Source: Kiritimatiellia bacterium (lineage in GTDB: Bacteria > Verrucomicrobiota > Kiritimatiellia > RFP12 > UBA1067). From it: a stretch of DNA of 64,000 nucleotides. Both the position numbers and the translations under genes were made by a program. A model generated the notes under the pieces. That model ran no database searches, was not told the origin of the DNA, and saw only the letters and a list, made by a program, of their open reading frames with translations. Within the stretch, counting starts at the first letter, position 1. Every line of letters begins with the position of its first letter. Positions 19,125-27,752 of this stretch are shown here, piece by piece. Location: NCBI GenBank assembly GCA_045656285.1, contig JAZOQY010000041.1, positions 65,307-129,306 on the forward strand. The letters run 5' to 3'.

Positions 19125-20024
19125 TCAGAATGTCGCGGTGAACGAAAGGCCTCCGACAAAGTTCCACGTCTTGTCCTCGTGCGCGCCCCACTCGCCGTTG
19201 TACGCCGCAGCCGCTTCGCGCATGTCATCGTCGAAGAGATAGTCGTAATAGGCGACATACGCGCCAAGCTTGAGCCAATCGTTGATTTCGTATTCGAGCT
19301 CGAGCTTGATCGACGTATCCATCAAGCCGCCGTGGTCGAAACCCTCGACCTTTTCAAGCTCGGCGAAATAACCCTTTGTCCTGAGGGAGTTGCCGAAGCC
19401 CTGGGCGATCGAAGGCGTGAGCGAAAGGCCTTCGACGCAATCGATTTTAAAGGTATGGCCAAGCTTCAGGTTTACGTACGTACCCTCATCGGCCATGATG
19501 TCGCGCTCGACATAAAGCGTGGGCTCGATCCAATGTCCTTTAAGCCCAAGCTCAAGGTACAGATACTGGGTATCCCATACTTCGCCGATGCTGCGCGGCG
19601 TATACCAGTACTGATAGCCGAAATCGACGCTGAGCGTACCGATCTGCTCGCCGAGCTCAAACTCATGAGCCAACCCTATCGAAGGATAAAGCGCGGAATA
19701 CTTGCCGGCGCGGTTGCCGTAACCGCCACGCTTGCCGCTGCCTTGCGTCAAGTCGAAGATCGCTTCGGCGCTCAAGTACACCCAATCGCCAAAAGTGACC
19801 GAAGCGCTGGGGCGCAAGATAGGATCCTTGCCGTCGACAACACCGTAGTAGACGTATCTGGAATCGAAATTGAGAACTGCTTCCGTCGAGATGATCGACG
19901 TCTCGTTAAAGGATACTCCATCGCCCGGAGCCCAGGCAAAACCGCCGCCCTCAGATTCGGAAGCGAAAGCCCCGCCTGCAACAACGGCGAAAAGCGCCGC
20001 AGCGATCATTTTTTTAGTATTCAC
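19125..20024 (-). CDS. Outer-membrane beta-barrel protein (hypothetical)
   Basis: GTG start with SD AAAAGGAG. Signal peptide 'MNTKKMIAAALFAVVAGGAFA', alternating amphipathic strands and a C-terminal '...SFTATF'. Confidence 0.6.
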   Translation of the reverse strand: MNTKKMIAAALFAVVAGGAFASESEGGGFAWAPGDGVSFNETSIISTEAVLNFDSRYVYYGVVDGKDPILRPSASVTFGDWVYLSAEAIFDLTQGSGKRGGYGNRAGKYSALYPSIGLAHEFELGEQIGTLSVDFGYQYWYTPRSIGEVWDTQYLYLELGLKGHWIEPTLYVERDIMADEGTYVNLKLGHTFKIDCVEGLSLTPSIAQGFGNSLRTKGYFAELEKVEGFDHGGLMDTSIKLELEYEINDWLKLGAYVAYYDYLFDDDMREAAAAYNGEWGAHEDKTWNFVGGLSFTATF

Positions 20025-20071
20025 TTTTTTCTCCTTTTGAAATTTAAACGATGTATTGGACCGTACTCACC

Positions 20072-20449
20072 TTACTCGAAAAAAATCGAATTGGCCCGTT
20101 TGCAAAGCTGGATCGGCACACCCCACGGATCGCGGAGAATCGCCATGTGAAACGCAGGGTTTTCAAGCGACAGCTGCTCCAAGGTGGCGCCCGCTTCAAC
20201 AAGCCTGTCGCAATCACGTTTGACATCATCCGAGACGAACGCAACATGAAGCGTCATTGAATTCATTTTTGCGTATTCAGGCGCTTGGGGCGTTTCGCCG
20301 GTACGATAGATCTCCAATCCCATGACACCCGAATCATCGAGAATGAAGGCGCTCCCCGGCTTCGAACGACGAAAGCCGAGATTGTGGCACCACCAGTCGA
20401 TAAACTTGTCGGGATCGGAAACGTCAAGAGCGACATGTTCTAGTTTCAT
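20072..20449 (-). CDS. VOC/glyoxalase-family protein
   Basis: 125 aa from ATG 20449 ('MKLEHVALDVSDPDKFIDWW'), with SD GGAGG upstream. The track's 252-aa version runs through the terminator into yebC and is rejected. Confidence 0.75.
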   Translation of the reverse strand: MKLEHVALDVSDPDKFIDWWCHNLGFRRSKPGSAFILDDSGVMGLEIYRTGETPQAPEYAKMNSMTLHVAFVSDDVKRDCDRLVEAGATLEQLSLENPAFHMAILRDPWGVPIQLCKRANSIFFE

Positions 20450-20463
20450 GCTTGCGACCTCCA

Positions 20464-20508
20464 GAAAAAAACAAGCGCGACGCAACCTGATACGGCCCCC
20501 GTCGCGCT
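20464..20508 (-). terminator. Rho-independent terminator after yebC
   Basis: Perfect 9-bp stem AGCGCGACG / CGTCGCGCT with a 17-nt loop. The minus-strand tail is TGTTTTTTT. Confidence 0.7.
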
Positions 20509-20528
20509 GATTGAGCACTTCAGTTGAT

Positions 20529-21293
20529 TCAGCCCTCCGCGGCGAGCGCGGCATCGACCTCGTCGGTCGTCTCCATGTTGTTGTAGACGTCCTGGACATC
20601 CTCGAGATCCTCGAGCATGTCGACGAACTTCTGGACGGCCTTGGCGGTGGCGACATCGCTGACGACCGCAGGCTGGTTCGGGACGAGGCCGACGTTGGAG
20701 TTCTCTTCGTCGACGACGATGCCGGCACCCTTGACGGCTTCGAGAACGGCCGTGAAGTCATTGGGCTGGCACTTGACGGTGAAGCCGCCGTCCTCGGAGA
20801 GGACATCCTCGGCACCGGCTTCGAGAGCAACTTCCATAACCTTGTCTTCGGTGATGCCGTCGGCAGCAGGGATCATGATCTGACCCATGCGATCGAAGAG
20901 ACGCGACGCGGCGCCCTGCTTGGCGAACTCGAGACCGTTCTTCTTGAAGACGTTGCCGACTTCGGCGGCAGCGCGGTTCTTGTTGTCGGTAAGAACGTTG
21001 ACGACGAAAGCGACGGCGCCCTTGATGCCCTCGTAGGAGGCGGGAACGAGAACTTCAGCCTCGATTTCGCCCGTGCCCTTCTTGATGGCGCGTTCGATGT
21101 TGTCGTTGGGCATCTGCGCGGCCTTGGCCTTCGCGATGAGAGTACGAAGAGTGGGGTTGTTGGCAGGATCGCCGCCCTTCGCCTTTACGACGATGGTGAT
21201 TTCCTTGCCGAGTTTCGAGAAGATCTTGCCTTTTCTCGCATCCGCCGCGCCCTTCGCGCGCTTGATTGTCGCCCAGTGACTATGACCTGACAT
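20529..21293 (-). CDS. yebC: YebC/PmpR family DNA-binding transcriptional regulator
   Basis: 'MSGHSHWATIKRAKGAADARKGKIFSKL', 254 aa. Confidence 0.9.
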   Translation of the reverse strand: MSGHSHWATIKRAKGAADARKGKIFSKLGKEITIVVKAKGGDPANNPTLRTLIAKAKAAQMPNDNIERAIKKGTGEIEAEVLVPASYEGIKGAVAFVVNVLTDNKNRAAAEVGNVFKKNGLEFAKQGAASRLFDRMGQIMIPAADGITEDKVMEVALEAGAEDVLSEDGGFTVKCQPNDFTAVLEAVKGAGIVVDEENSNVGLVPNQPAVVSDVATAKAVQKFVDMLEDLEDVQDVYNNMETTDEVDAALAAEG

Positions 21294-21346
21294 GTTGTAG
21301 ACTCCGTTTCGCTTTTGTTGTTAAGTAATTAAGTTAAGTGGCTTTA

Positions 21347-21574
21347 TCAGACCTTGTGGCGGTACGTGATGCGGCCCTTGCCCAAATCGTAAGGTGAAAT
21401 CTCGACGGTGACCTTGTCGCCGATCGCGATCTTGATGAAAAACTTGCGCATCTTGCCGGAGATGTGCGCCAAAACTTCATGCCCGTTTTCGAGCTGAACT
21501 TTATACATAGTAGCGGGCAGAACCTTGGTCACTACACCCGTCACTTCGATCGCCTGATCTTCTTCTTTAGCCAT
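21347..21574 (-). CDS. infA: Translation initiation factor IF-1
   Basis: 75 aa from ATG 21574. '[37 protein letters not shown]'. Confidence 0.9.
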   Translation of the reverse strand: MAKEEDQAIEVTGVVTKVLPATMYKVQLENGHEVLAHISGKMRKFFIKIAIGDKVTVEISPYDLGKGRITYRHKV

Positions 21575-21608
21575 TCGATTTACCTTGAATTTGTAAATAA
21601 TGACATAT

Positions 21609-21617
21609 AGTTTACCA
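21609..21617 (-). promoter_or_regulatory. infA promoter, extended -10 variant TGGTAAACT
   Basis: Minus strand reads ATTTGGTAAACTATATG. The leader is ~33 nt with SD AAGG. Confidence 0.4.
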
Positions 21618-21708
21618 AATTCAGCCCCGAATATCAACTCAACCGACAAAATTTTACCTTACGCCCAAAAGCCGGATTATCCATCGACAAATGAAGAAAA
21701 GCAACCTT

Positions 21709-22380
21709 TCAGCGAAGCTTCTCCAGCCCTTCAAGAACAGTTTGCGCGAAAATAGAATTGCCGCGATCGCTCAAATGCGTTCCGTCGTAGGTAAGCTCGC
21801 GCTTTTTGGAATCCTTCTTTTCGGCAATCGCCTTGCGAACCGCCGCACCGGGATCGAGATAGATATATCTGCGCTCCAAGGCATGGCGTTTAAGCGCGGC
21901 GTTGTACGACACGAGATTTATGTTCGCGGCATAGTTCGGGTCGTCCTCGAGTACGGGAGTCTGCGAAAGGACGACTATCTTCGCGCCGGTCTTTTCGAGC
22001 CTGTCGAAAATGGCGGTGATGTTTCTGACGTATTCGTCCAGCGGGACGCCGGGGTTGCCGACAGCGGGATTGGGAGAATCGTTCACTCCGCACGAAAAGA
22101 AGACCCACGTAGGCTTGCGGCGTATGACGTCGGCATTGATGCGCTTAAGCATGTCGGCACTCGTATTGCCGCCTATGCCCGCATGGATGAACGCGACTTC
22201 TTCGACCTCCTTTCTTACGCGGGATTCGACCAGATTGACCCATCCTCGAGGATCGTCAGATCCGTTCTGGGTGATGGAGTCGCCCAGAAAAGCGATTCGG
22301 TCGCCATTGGAGAACGGCAACCCGGCAAACGCCAAAGTTGCGGAGAACATGCCGAAAAAAAAGAATATAGATGTTTTCAT
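21709..22380 (-). CDS. SGNH/GDSL family hydrolase (secreted)
   Basis: Start at ATG 22380 gives signal peptide 'MKTSIFFFFGMFSATLAFA'. Block I 'FLGDSIT' and block V 'DGTHLS' are present. Confidence 0.75.
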   Translation of the reverse strand: MKTSIFFFFGMFSATLAFAGLPFSNGDRIAFLGDSITQNGSDDPRGWVNLVESRVRKEVEEVAFIHAGIGGNTSADMLKRINADVIRRKPTWVFFSCGVNDSPNPAVGNPGVPLDEYVRNITAIFDRLEKTGAKIVVLSQTPVLEDDPNYAANINLVSYNAALKRHALERRYIYLDPGAAVRKAIAEKKDSKKRELTYDGTHLSDRGNSIFAQTVLEGLEKLR

Positions 22381-22387
22381 GCTGTTG

Positions 22388-22396
22388 AGTCTAACA
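22388..22396 (-). promoter_or_regulatory. Extended -10 variant TGTTAGACT, 7 nt from the SGNH ATG (leaderless candidate, weaker)
   Basis: Minus strand reads TTTTGTTAGACTCAACAGCATG. Confidence 0.35.
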
Positions 22397-22490
22397 AAAC
22401 CGCAAATCCAAAACAAGAACTATTTTCTGCCGCAGCGTCTGGCTTGTCCTGACCGGACACAAAGCGAAGAAATTCCAGAACAAATCGCCC

Positions 22491-22519
22491 TTGAGAATCA
22501 AGAAAGAATTTGATAAAAT
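22491..22519 (+). promoter_or_regulatory. tRNA promoter: TTGAGA-17-TGaTAAAAT
   Basis: -35 at 22491..22496 and -10 at 22514..22519, preceded by TGa. The mature tRNA 5' end is 15 nt downstream. Confidence 0.5.
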
Positions 22520-22533
22520 ATCAACTCATGGTC

Positions 22534-22610
22534 GGACCCGTAGCTCAGTCGGTCAGAGCAGGTGACTCATAATCTCCGGGTCGTGGGTTCAAGTCCCGCC
22601 GGGTCCACCA
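22534..22610 (+). tRNA. tRNA with anticodon CAT, most like tRNA-Ile2 (lysidine-modified); elongator tRNA-Met not excluded
   Basis: Hand-folded cloverleaf. Acceptor stem GGACCCG/CGGGTCC, D arm GCTC..GAGC, anticodon loop CTCATAA (CAT at 22568..22570), T arm GTGGG-TTCAAGT-CCCGC, and an encoded CCA. C4-G69 and C5-G68 and the loop context resemble E. coli ileX. Confidence 0.9.
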
Positions 22611-22616
22611 ATCCAT

Positions 22617-22653
22617 AAAAAAATCCTACCGCATCTTCGCGATAGGATTTTTT
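22617..22653. terminator. Bidirectional terminator between the tRNA (+) and the 22676..23140 gene (-)
   Basis: AAAAAAATCCTAcCGC-atcttc-GCGaTAGGATTTTTT. An A-tract lies 5' and a T-tract 3', so it can work on both strands. Confidence 0.6.
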
Positions 22654-22675
22654 GTTGTAACCACCTTGATTAGAT

Positions 22676-23140
22676 TTACTGAACCAGGACCTGGCGCCGC
22701 TCGTAATGACCGGGCTGCCAGACGCGGACCACCGTGCCGTTGGCCTGAACCTGATCGACGTAACGCCCTTCGACCCAGACATTCTGAGTGGTGTACACCG
22801 GCGTCGTCACGACAGGCGTGGTGACAACCGTCGGAGTAGCGACAACCGTCGGAGTGGTAACGACGGTTGGCGTAGTGACAACGGTTGTTACGGGACGATT
22901 TACGATCGTATCGGCGATTACGCCGCCGACTACGCCGCCGACGAAACCGGGCCAGAAATTCCTGCCACCACGACCCCAGGCGCTGCCATGGCTATGACGA
23001 TGCACAGGACGAGAGACATGATGATGGCGAACGACACGGGTATGACCGCGGGCGGGGCCGCGATGCCCTCTTGCGAATGTCGTTCCTGCGCAAAGCGCGA
23101 CTGCGACACAAACTGCTGCGATTTTAATCATTTTATTCAT
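22676..23140 (-). CDS. Small secreted His-rich, Gly-zipper and Thr/Val/Pro-repeat protein (hypothetical)
   Basis: Start at ATG 23140 gives signal peptide 'MNKMIKIAAVCVAVALCAGTTFA'. This is followed by 'RGHRGPARGHTRVVRHHHVSRPVHRHSHGS', 'GFVGGVVGGVIA' and (T)PTVVT repeats. Confidence 0.55.
   Translation of the reverse strand: MNKMIKIAAVCVAVALCAGTTFARGHRGPARGHTRVVRHHHVSRPVHRHSHGSAWGRGGRNFWPGFVGGVVGGVIADTIVNRPVTTVVTTPTVVTTPTVVATPTVVTTPVVTTPVYTTQNVWVEGRYVDQVQANGTVVRVWQPGHYERRQVLVQ
22818..22889 (-). repeat. Four imperfect 18-bp tandem repeats inside the CDS (encode TPTVVT units)
   Basis: The four units are gtggtgacaaccgtcgga, gtagcgacaaccgtcgga, gtggtaacgacggttggc and gtagtgacaacggttgtt. Confidence 0.7.
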
Positions 23141-23222
23141 ATTGCACCTTCTCTTTCTCCGCATTTGGCGGTTACAGTCTGGTAGGCGAATCACTTTGAA
23201 AAATCTGACAAAAAAATTTTCA

Positions 23223-25439
23223 TCAATCTAAAATTCCCTTGGACGGGGCCTCTTTCTCGTCCCACCACGAGCCTTTAGATGACGAAATGCGGGCGATCGA
23301 CTTTGTCGTAAGCTGCTTGCCCTTGGTTCCCGCTGCGCGTATGGCGACGACATCCTGGTTCTCGAGCTTCCTGGTCTCGGGATTGACGCGCTTGACCTGC
23401 TCCTTGGGCAGAAAATACTGCTGATGTATCTTCTGGTTCTTGGCGGGCTTGAACTTCACGTAAATCGTATCGGGGCAGCCTTCCTGGAAGAAAAGTATCT
23501 TCGATTTAGGCTTCTCGGGCGCAAGTCGATAGTCCTTGTTGCGGATAAGCCCGCCGAACCTGAAGCGCTTTATGTAGCTGAACCCGTAACTGCCCTCCTC
23601 ATAGACGACCGTAAACTCCCGCGTCTCGCGATCCTTCTCCTGATTGTAGCGGATAACGGCAAGAAGATTCTTGTCGACGAATATCTTGTCTTCGGGCTGG
23701 GTCTTCTTGAAGCGGCCGTCCTTCCAGACGAAAATAAGCTCGTCGAGCGAAGAGCACTTGAAAAGCTCGTCTCCGTTGCGCAAGCCGGAACCGACGAAAT
23801 TGTTCTCCTTGTCCCACTTGATCGTAAGCTCGCTCGCCGTTATGGCGCGAACGTCGACCTGCTTGAACGCGCCGGACTCGACCCTGGAGCATCTGGGATA
23901 CTTCTTGGCGTATTCCTTGATGAGTCCCTTCAGGTACTTGACGACGAACGAACGCAGATGCTCGATGTTGTCGCGGACCTGGGCCTCTTCCTTCTCGATG
24001 CCCTCGATCTCCTCGCGGTTCTTGTCGATATCGAACTGCGAAATGCGGCGGATCGGGATTTTGAGGAGTCTGTCGATATCCTCGTCGACGATTCCGCGGC
24101 GCAGTTCCTTCAGGAACGGCTCGAAGCCCGTTATGATCGCCTTCTTGACGCCCTCCATCGTCTTCTCGGTCTCGATGCGCTTGTAGATGCGCTCTTCGAT
24201 GAATATCCTGTCGAGCGTGCGCGCATGGTAGAGATCGTCCAGCTCGCCGAGGCGAATCTCCTGCTCGCGCTTCGTAAGCTCCATCAACCTCTCGACATTC
24301 TTGCGGACGATTTCGCTGATCGTCATCAGTTTCGGACGTCCTGCATCAAGAACGATCGGGCGCGACGAAAGAGACTTTTCGCAATTTGTGAACGCATAGA
24401 GAGCGACAATCGCCTTCTCCTGGCTCTCGCCCGTCTGAAGCTCAAGCTCTATCTTGACCGTATCGTTCGTCAGATCATGAAGCTTGCGGACGGGAACCTT
24501 CTTCTTCTTGATAGCCTCTTCGATCGACTCGGCGAGCGAATCGGTGGTCTCGCCCCACGGAAGTTCGGTGATGACAAGCTTGTTCTTGTCTTCCTTCTCG
24601 ATCTTCGCGCGGACCTTGATCTTGCCCAAACCGTCCTGATATTCGGAGACATCGAGCGTTCCGCCAAGCTGAAAATCGGGATAAAGCTGAAAAGGCTTCT
24701 TCTGGATGCAGGCGATCTCGGCCTCCAGCAGCTCAATGAAGTTATGCGGCAGGATCGCCGTCGAAAGGCCGACCGCGATGCCATCCGCGCCGAGCATCAA
24801 AAGCAGCGGAATCTTGGCGGAAAGATAGACGGGCTCCTCTTTGCGCCCATCGTAATTGGGGACGAACGAAGTCGTCTTCCTGTTGAAGATCTCCTTGCGC
24901 GCCAATTCGGTAAGACGGCACTCGATATATCGCGTCGCGGCGTGAGGCATCCCGGTCAAGAGCGAGCCGTAGTTGCCCTGCCCGTCGATCAGATAGCCCT
25001 TGCCCTCGCCCCAAAGCTTGTTCGCGAGAACGCAAAGCGCATCGCCGATCGAGGCGTCACCGTGAGGATGGTACTGCATCGCATGGCCGACGATGTTGGC
25101 GACCTTGGTGTAGCGCCCGTCATCCTTCTCCCAAAGCGAATGCATGATGCGGCGCTGAACAGGCTTGAGACCGTCCTCGACTGCGGGTATGGCGCGCGAA
25201 CAGATTACGTACGCCGAATACTGGCGGAAGTTGAAGTCGAAAAGCTCGCGCATAGGCCCCGAGCCCGTAAGCCCTGCGGCGGGCTTTACTGCCGGCCCCG
25301 TCGACGCCCCTGCGCTCGCGGCCTCCTTTTCAGCCCCTGTCTGCGCACCGCCCGCCGCGACATCCGCGAACAGATCGAGATTGTCGAAAAGGCTTGGCGG
25401 CGCCGACTCCTTCTTGTTCTTGTCCTTGTCTTTGGGCAT
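23223..25439 (-). CDS. Type IIA topoisomerase subunit A (ParC/GyrA family; short ParC-like form)
   Basis: 'GLKPVQRRIMHSLWE', 'YHPHGDASI' and the catalytic-Tyr region 'AATRYIECRL'. A ~70-aa low-complexity N-terminal extension is present. No B subunit is adjacent. Confidence 0.8.
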   Translation of the reverse strand: MPKDKDKNKKESAPPSLFDNLDLFADVAAGGAQTGAEKEAASAGASTGPAVKPAAGLTGSGPMRELFDFNFRQYSAYVICSRAIPAVEDGLKPVQRRIMHSLWEKDDGRYTKVANIVGHAMQYHPHGDASIGDALCVLANKLWGEGKGYLIDGQGNYGSLLTGMPHAATRYIECRLTELARKEIFNRKTTSFVPNYDGRKEEPVYLSAKIPLLLMLGADGIAVGLSTAILPHNFIELLEAEIACIQKKPFQLYPDFQLGGTLDVSEYQDGLGKIKVRAKIEKEDKNKLVITELPWGETTDSLAESIEEAIKKKKVPVRKLHDLTNDTVKIELELQTGESQEKAIVALYAFTNCEKSLSSRPIVLDAGRPKLMTISEIVRKNVERLMELTKREQEIRLGELDDLYHARTLDRIFIEERIYKRIETEKTMEGVKKAIITGFEPFLKELRRGIVDEDIDRLLKIPIRRISQFDIDKNREEIEGIEKEEAQVRDNIEHLRSFVVKYLKGLIKEYAKKYPRCSRVESGAFKQVDVRAITASELTIKWDKENNFVGSGLRNGDELFKCSSLDELIFVWKDGRFKKTQPEDKIFVDKNLLAVIRYNQEKDRETREFTVVYEEGSYGFSYIKRFRFGGLIRNKDYRLAPEKPKSKILFFQEGCPDTIYVKFKPAKNQKIHQQYFLPKEQVKRVNPETRKLENQDVVAIRAAGTKGKQLTTKSIARISSSKGSWWDEKEAPSKGILD

Positions 25440-25471
25440 CTACCATCTTCCCCTTGGCGCAAAAGCAAAAA

Positions 25472-26269
25472 TCAAAGACCGAGCTTGTCGAACGCCCCGG
25501 CGATAGAACCGACATTGGCGTTCTTCTTCTCGGCCTCTTTCATCCAGGCTGAAACCTCGGCGGCCGTCTCTTCGGCGGCGACTTCCTCGGCGCTCTTCTT
25601 GAATACGCGCGCAACACATTCCCTGCGCGAAAGCGAAATCTTGCCGTTGTCGCGATCGATGCGCATCACCTTGACCGTAACGCCGTCGCCCGATTTGAGG
25701 ACGCTCGCGGGATTGTCGATGCGCTCCCACGAAATCTCCCTCACGGGAATAAGCCCCTCGACGCCGCCCAGATCGACAAACGCGCCGAAATCCAATACGC
25801 GCGTAACCGTTCCGCTCAACGTCTCGCCCTCGATAAGGCGCTCGAGCATGGCCTCCTTGAGAGCCTCGGCCTGAACCTCCAGAAGCGCGCGGCGCGAAAG
25901 GACGATGTTGAGTCCGCGCTCGTCCTTGGAATAGTCGGAGACGAGAAAATCGAACTTGCGCCCGATGTATTCGGCGGGATCCTTGGTGTAGCGGTCGATC
26001 TGGCTGAAGGGACAGAACGCCCTCTCGCCCGCGACGGTGATTTCGTAACCGCCCTTGATCTGCTTTTCGACAAGTCCGGCGATGGCCTCGCCCGATTCCC
26101 AGGCCGCCTTGACGGTCGCATTGTCGTCGCTCATGACTTCGACAACCTGCTTCTTGGGGCGGATGATGAGTTTATCGTCGTTGAACGCCTTGCCGAACTT
26201 GTAGGTACGCTTGATGCCCTTCATCTGATCGTCGAGCATCGCACCGAAATCGAAAGAATTGCCGCTCAT
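25472..26269 (-). CDS. S1 RNA-binding domain protein (two S1-like domains)
   Basis: 'GETLSGTVTRVLDFGAFVDLGGVEGLIPVREISWERI'. Confidence 0.75.
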   Translation of the reverse strand: MSGNSFDFGAMLDDQMKGIKRTYKFGKAFNDDKLIIRPKKQVVEVMSDDNATVKAAWESGEAIAGLVEKQIKGGYEITVAGERAFCPFSQIDRYTKDPAEYIGRKFDFLVSDYSKDERGLNIVLSRRALLEVQAEALKEAMLERLIEGETLSGTVTRVLDFGAFVDLGGVEGLIPVREISWERIDNPASVLKSGDGVTVKVMRIDRDNGKISLSRRECVARVFKKSAEEVAAEETAAEVSAWMKEAEKKNANVGSIAGAFDKLGL

Positions 26270-26270
26270 C

Positions 26271-27719
26271 TCAGGCCCTCTTCATCTGTGGGAAAAGTAC
26301 AACATCGCGAATGGAATCGCACCCCGTCAGGAACATGACGAGACGATCGACGCCGAAGCCGAGCCCGCCCGTCGGGGGCATGCCGCATTCAAGGGCCGAA
26401 ATGAAATCCTCGTCGATCTTCTCGGTGTCTTCGCCGGCCTGGTTCTCGAGAGCCTCGCGCTGGGCGATGGGGTCGTTCTGCTCGGTGTATCCGGGGCAGA
26501 GTTCGCGGCCCGCAACGACGAACTCGAACACGTCGACGAGAGAGGGATCGTCCTTGCACGCCTTGGCGAGCGGAACGAACTGGCGCGGAATGCGGGTAAC
26601 GAACGTAGGCTGCATGATGTTGCGCTCGATGAGCTTGTCGTAAACCTCGTGCGTGAGCATAAGCTCGGTGTCGACGCCGTCGAGCTCGAGATTCGTCTCG
26701 GTCTCGCGGCCCTTCGCCTTGGCCTTCTCAAGCTGAACGTCAAACGGAAGATCGAACCAGTCTTCGCCCATGAGCTCCTTGACGAGATCCTTGTAGGCTA
26801 CGCGGCGGTATGGGGGATTGAAGTTGATGACGGTCTTGCTGTCGCCGTATTCGATCTCGCGCTTGCCGATGACCGTATCGCAGAGATGCGGCAGAAGCCC
26901 TTCCATGATCGCTTCCATCGAAGTGCGGTCGCCGTATGCCTCGTAGATCTCGCAGACGGTGAACTCAGGGTTATGGGTGCGGTCGATGCCCTCGTTGCGG
27001 AAGTCCTTGCCCAGCTCGAAAACCTTGTTCATGCCGCCGACGAGAAGGCGCTTGAGATAAAGCTCGGGCGCGATGCGCATCACGCAATCCTTGTCGAGCG
27101 CGTTGAAGTGGGACACGAACGGCTTTGCCGCCGCGCCGCCCGCCTGATCCTGAAGGATGGGGGTTTCGACCTCGACGAATCCGCGGTCCCAGAGATACTT
27201 GCGGATCTCCTGGATAAGGCGCGAGCGCGTGAAGAAGCGGTTGCGCGACTCGTCGTTCGTCATCAGATCGACGTAGCGGCGGCGATAGCACTCTTCCTGG
27301 TCGGCAAGACCGTGGAACTTCTCCGGCGGCTGCTCGAGCGCCTTGGCGAGCATCATCCACTCCTTGACGACGAGAGACTTCTCGCCCTTCTGGGTCGTGA
27401 AAAGCGTACCTTCAGCGCCGATGATGTCGCCGAGATTGAGCTGCTTGAACGCCGCAAACATCGCCTCGGAAAGTTCATCGCGCTTGAAGATAAGCTGAAA
27501 TCTGTCGGTGCCGTCGTTCATGGTGCAGAAATTCATCTTGCCCATGCGACGGATCATCATAAGGCGACCGGCGACGCGCGCGGCCTTGCCCTCCTCGAAT
27601 TCCGCGCGGATCTTGGAGAGATCGTCGTGATCATACTTGCAGCCGTAAGGCTCGAAGCCCATTTCCGCAAGCGCCTTCATACTGGCGAGCCTTTGCTCGC
27701 GATATTCATTTGTTTCCAT
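26271..27719 (-). CDS. lysS: Lysine--tRNA ligase (class II)
   Basis: 482 aa. 'FVEVETPILQ', 'NPEFTVCEIYEAY' and 'GGLGFGVDRLVMFL'. Confidence 0.95.
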   Translation of the reverse strand: METNEYREQRLASMKALAEMGFEPYGCKYDHDDLSKIRAEFEEGKAARVAGRLMMIRRMGKMNFCTMNDGTDRFQLIFKRDELSEAMFAAFKQLNLGDIIGAEGTLFTTQKGEKSLVVKEWMMLAKALEQPPEKFHGLADQEECYRRRYVDLMTNDESRNRFFTRSRLIQEIRKYLWDRGFVEVETPILQDQAGGAAAKPFVSHFNALDKDCVMRIAPELYLKRLLVGGMNKVFELGKDFRNEGIDRTHNPEFTVCEIYEAYGDRTSMEAIMEGLLPHLCDTVIGKREIEYGDSKTVINFNPPYRRVAYKDLVKELMGEDWFDLPFDVQLEKAKAKGRETETNLELDGVDTELMLTHEVYDKLIERNIMQPTFVTRIPRQFVPLAKACKDDPSLVDVFEFVVAGRELCPGYTEQNDPIAQREALENQAGEDTEKIDEDFISALECGMPPTGGLGFGVDRLVMFLTGCDSIRDVVLFPQMKRA

Positions 27720-27727
27720 ATCAAAGT

Positions 27728-27736
27728 ATTATATCA
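27728..27736 (-). promoter_or_regulatory. Extended -10 TGATATAAT, 8 nt from the lysS ATG (predicted leaderless or near-leaderless)
   Basis: Minus strand reads AAATATGATATAATACTTTGATATG, inside the 33-bp gap after gltS. Confidence 0.5.
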
Positions 27737-27752
27737 TATTTATAACTGATAA

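Noticed and set aside
20072-20830. Track ORF of 252 aa extending the VOC gene upstream into yebC
   Set aside because: The extension runs through a strong terminator hairpin (20464..20508) and overlaps yebC out of frame. ATG 20449, with a GGAGG SD, gives a normal 125-aa VOC domain.
22818-22889. Tandem 18-bp repeats considered as a possible CRISPR or VNTR-type non-coding array
   Set aside because: There are no unique spacers. The repeats are contiguous, in frame, and encode TPTVVT units of a secreted protein.
22381-23222. tRNA locus considered as a genomic-island integration site
   Set aside because: There is no integrase or recombinase. I noticed no obvious direct repeat of the tRNA 3' end nearby, though this was not an exhaustive scan. 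The flanking genes are housekeeping (SGNH hydrolase and parC-like).
23424-25874. 816-aa ORF on the plus strand spanning the parC-like and S1 genes
   Set aside because: It is antisense to two well-supported genes. The product is low-complexity (Leu/Arg/Asp/Ala-rich) with no motifs. This is a typical GC-driven shadow ORF.
26259-27749. 496-aa ORF antisense to lysS
   Set aside because: Shadow ORF; lysS is unambiguous.
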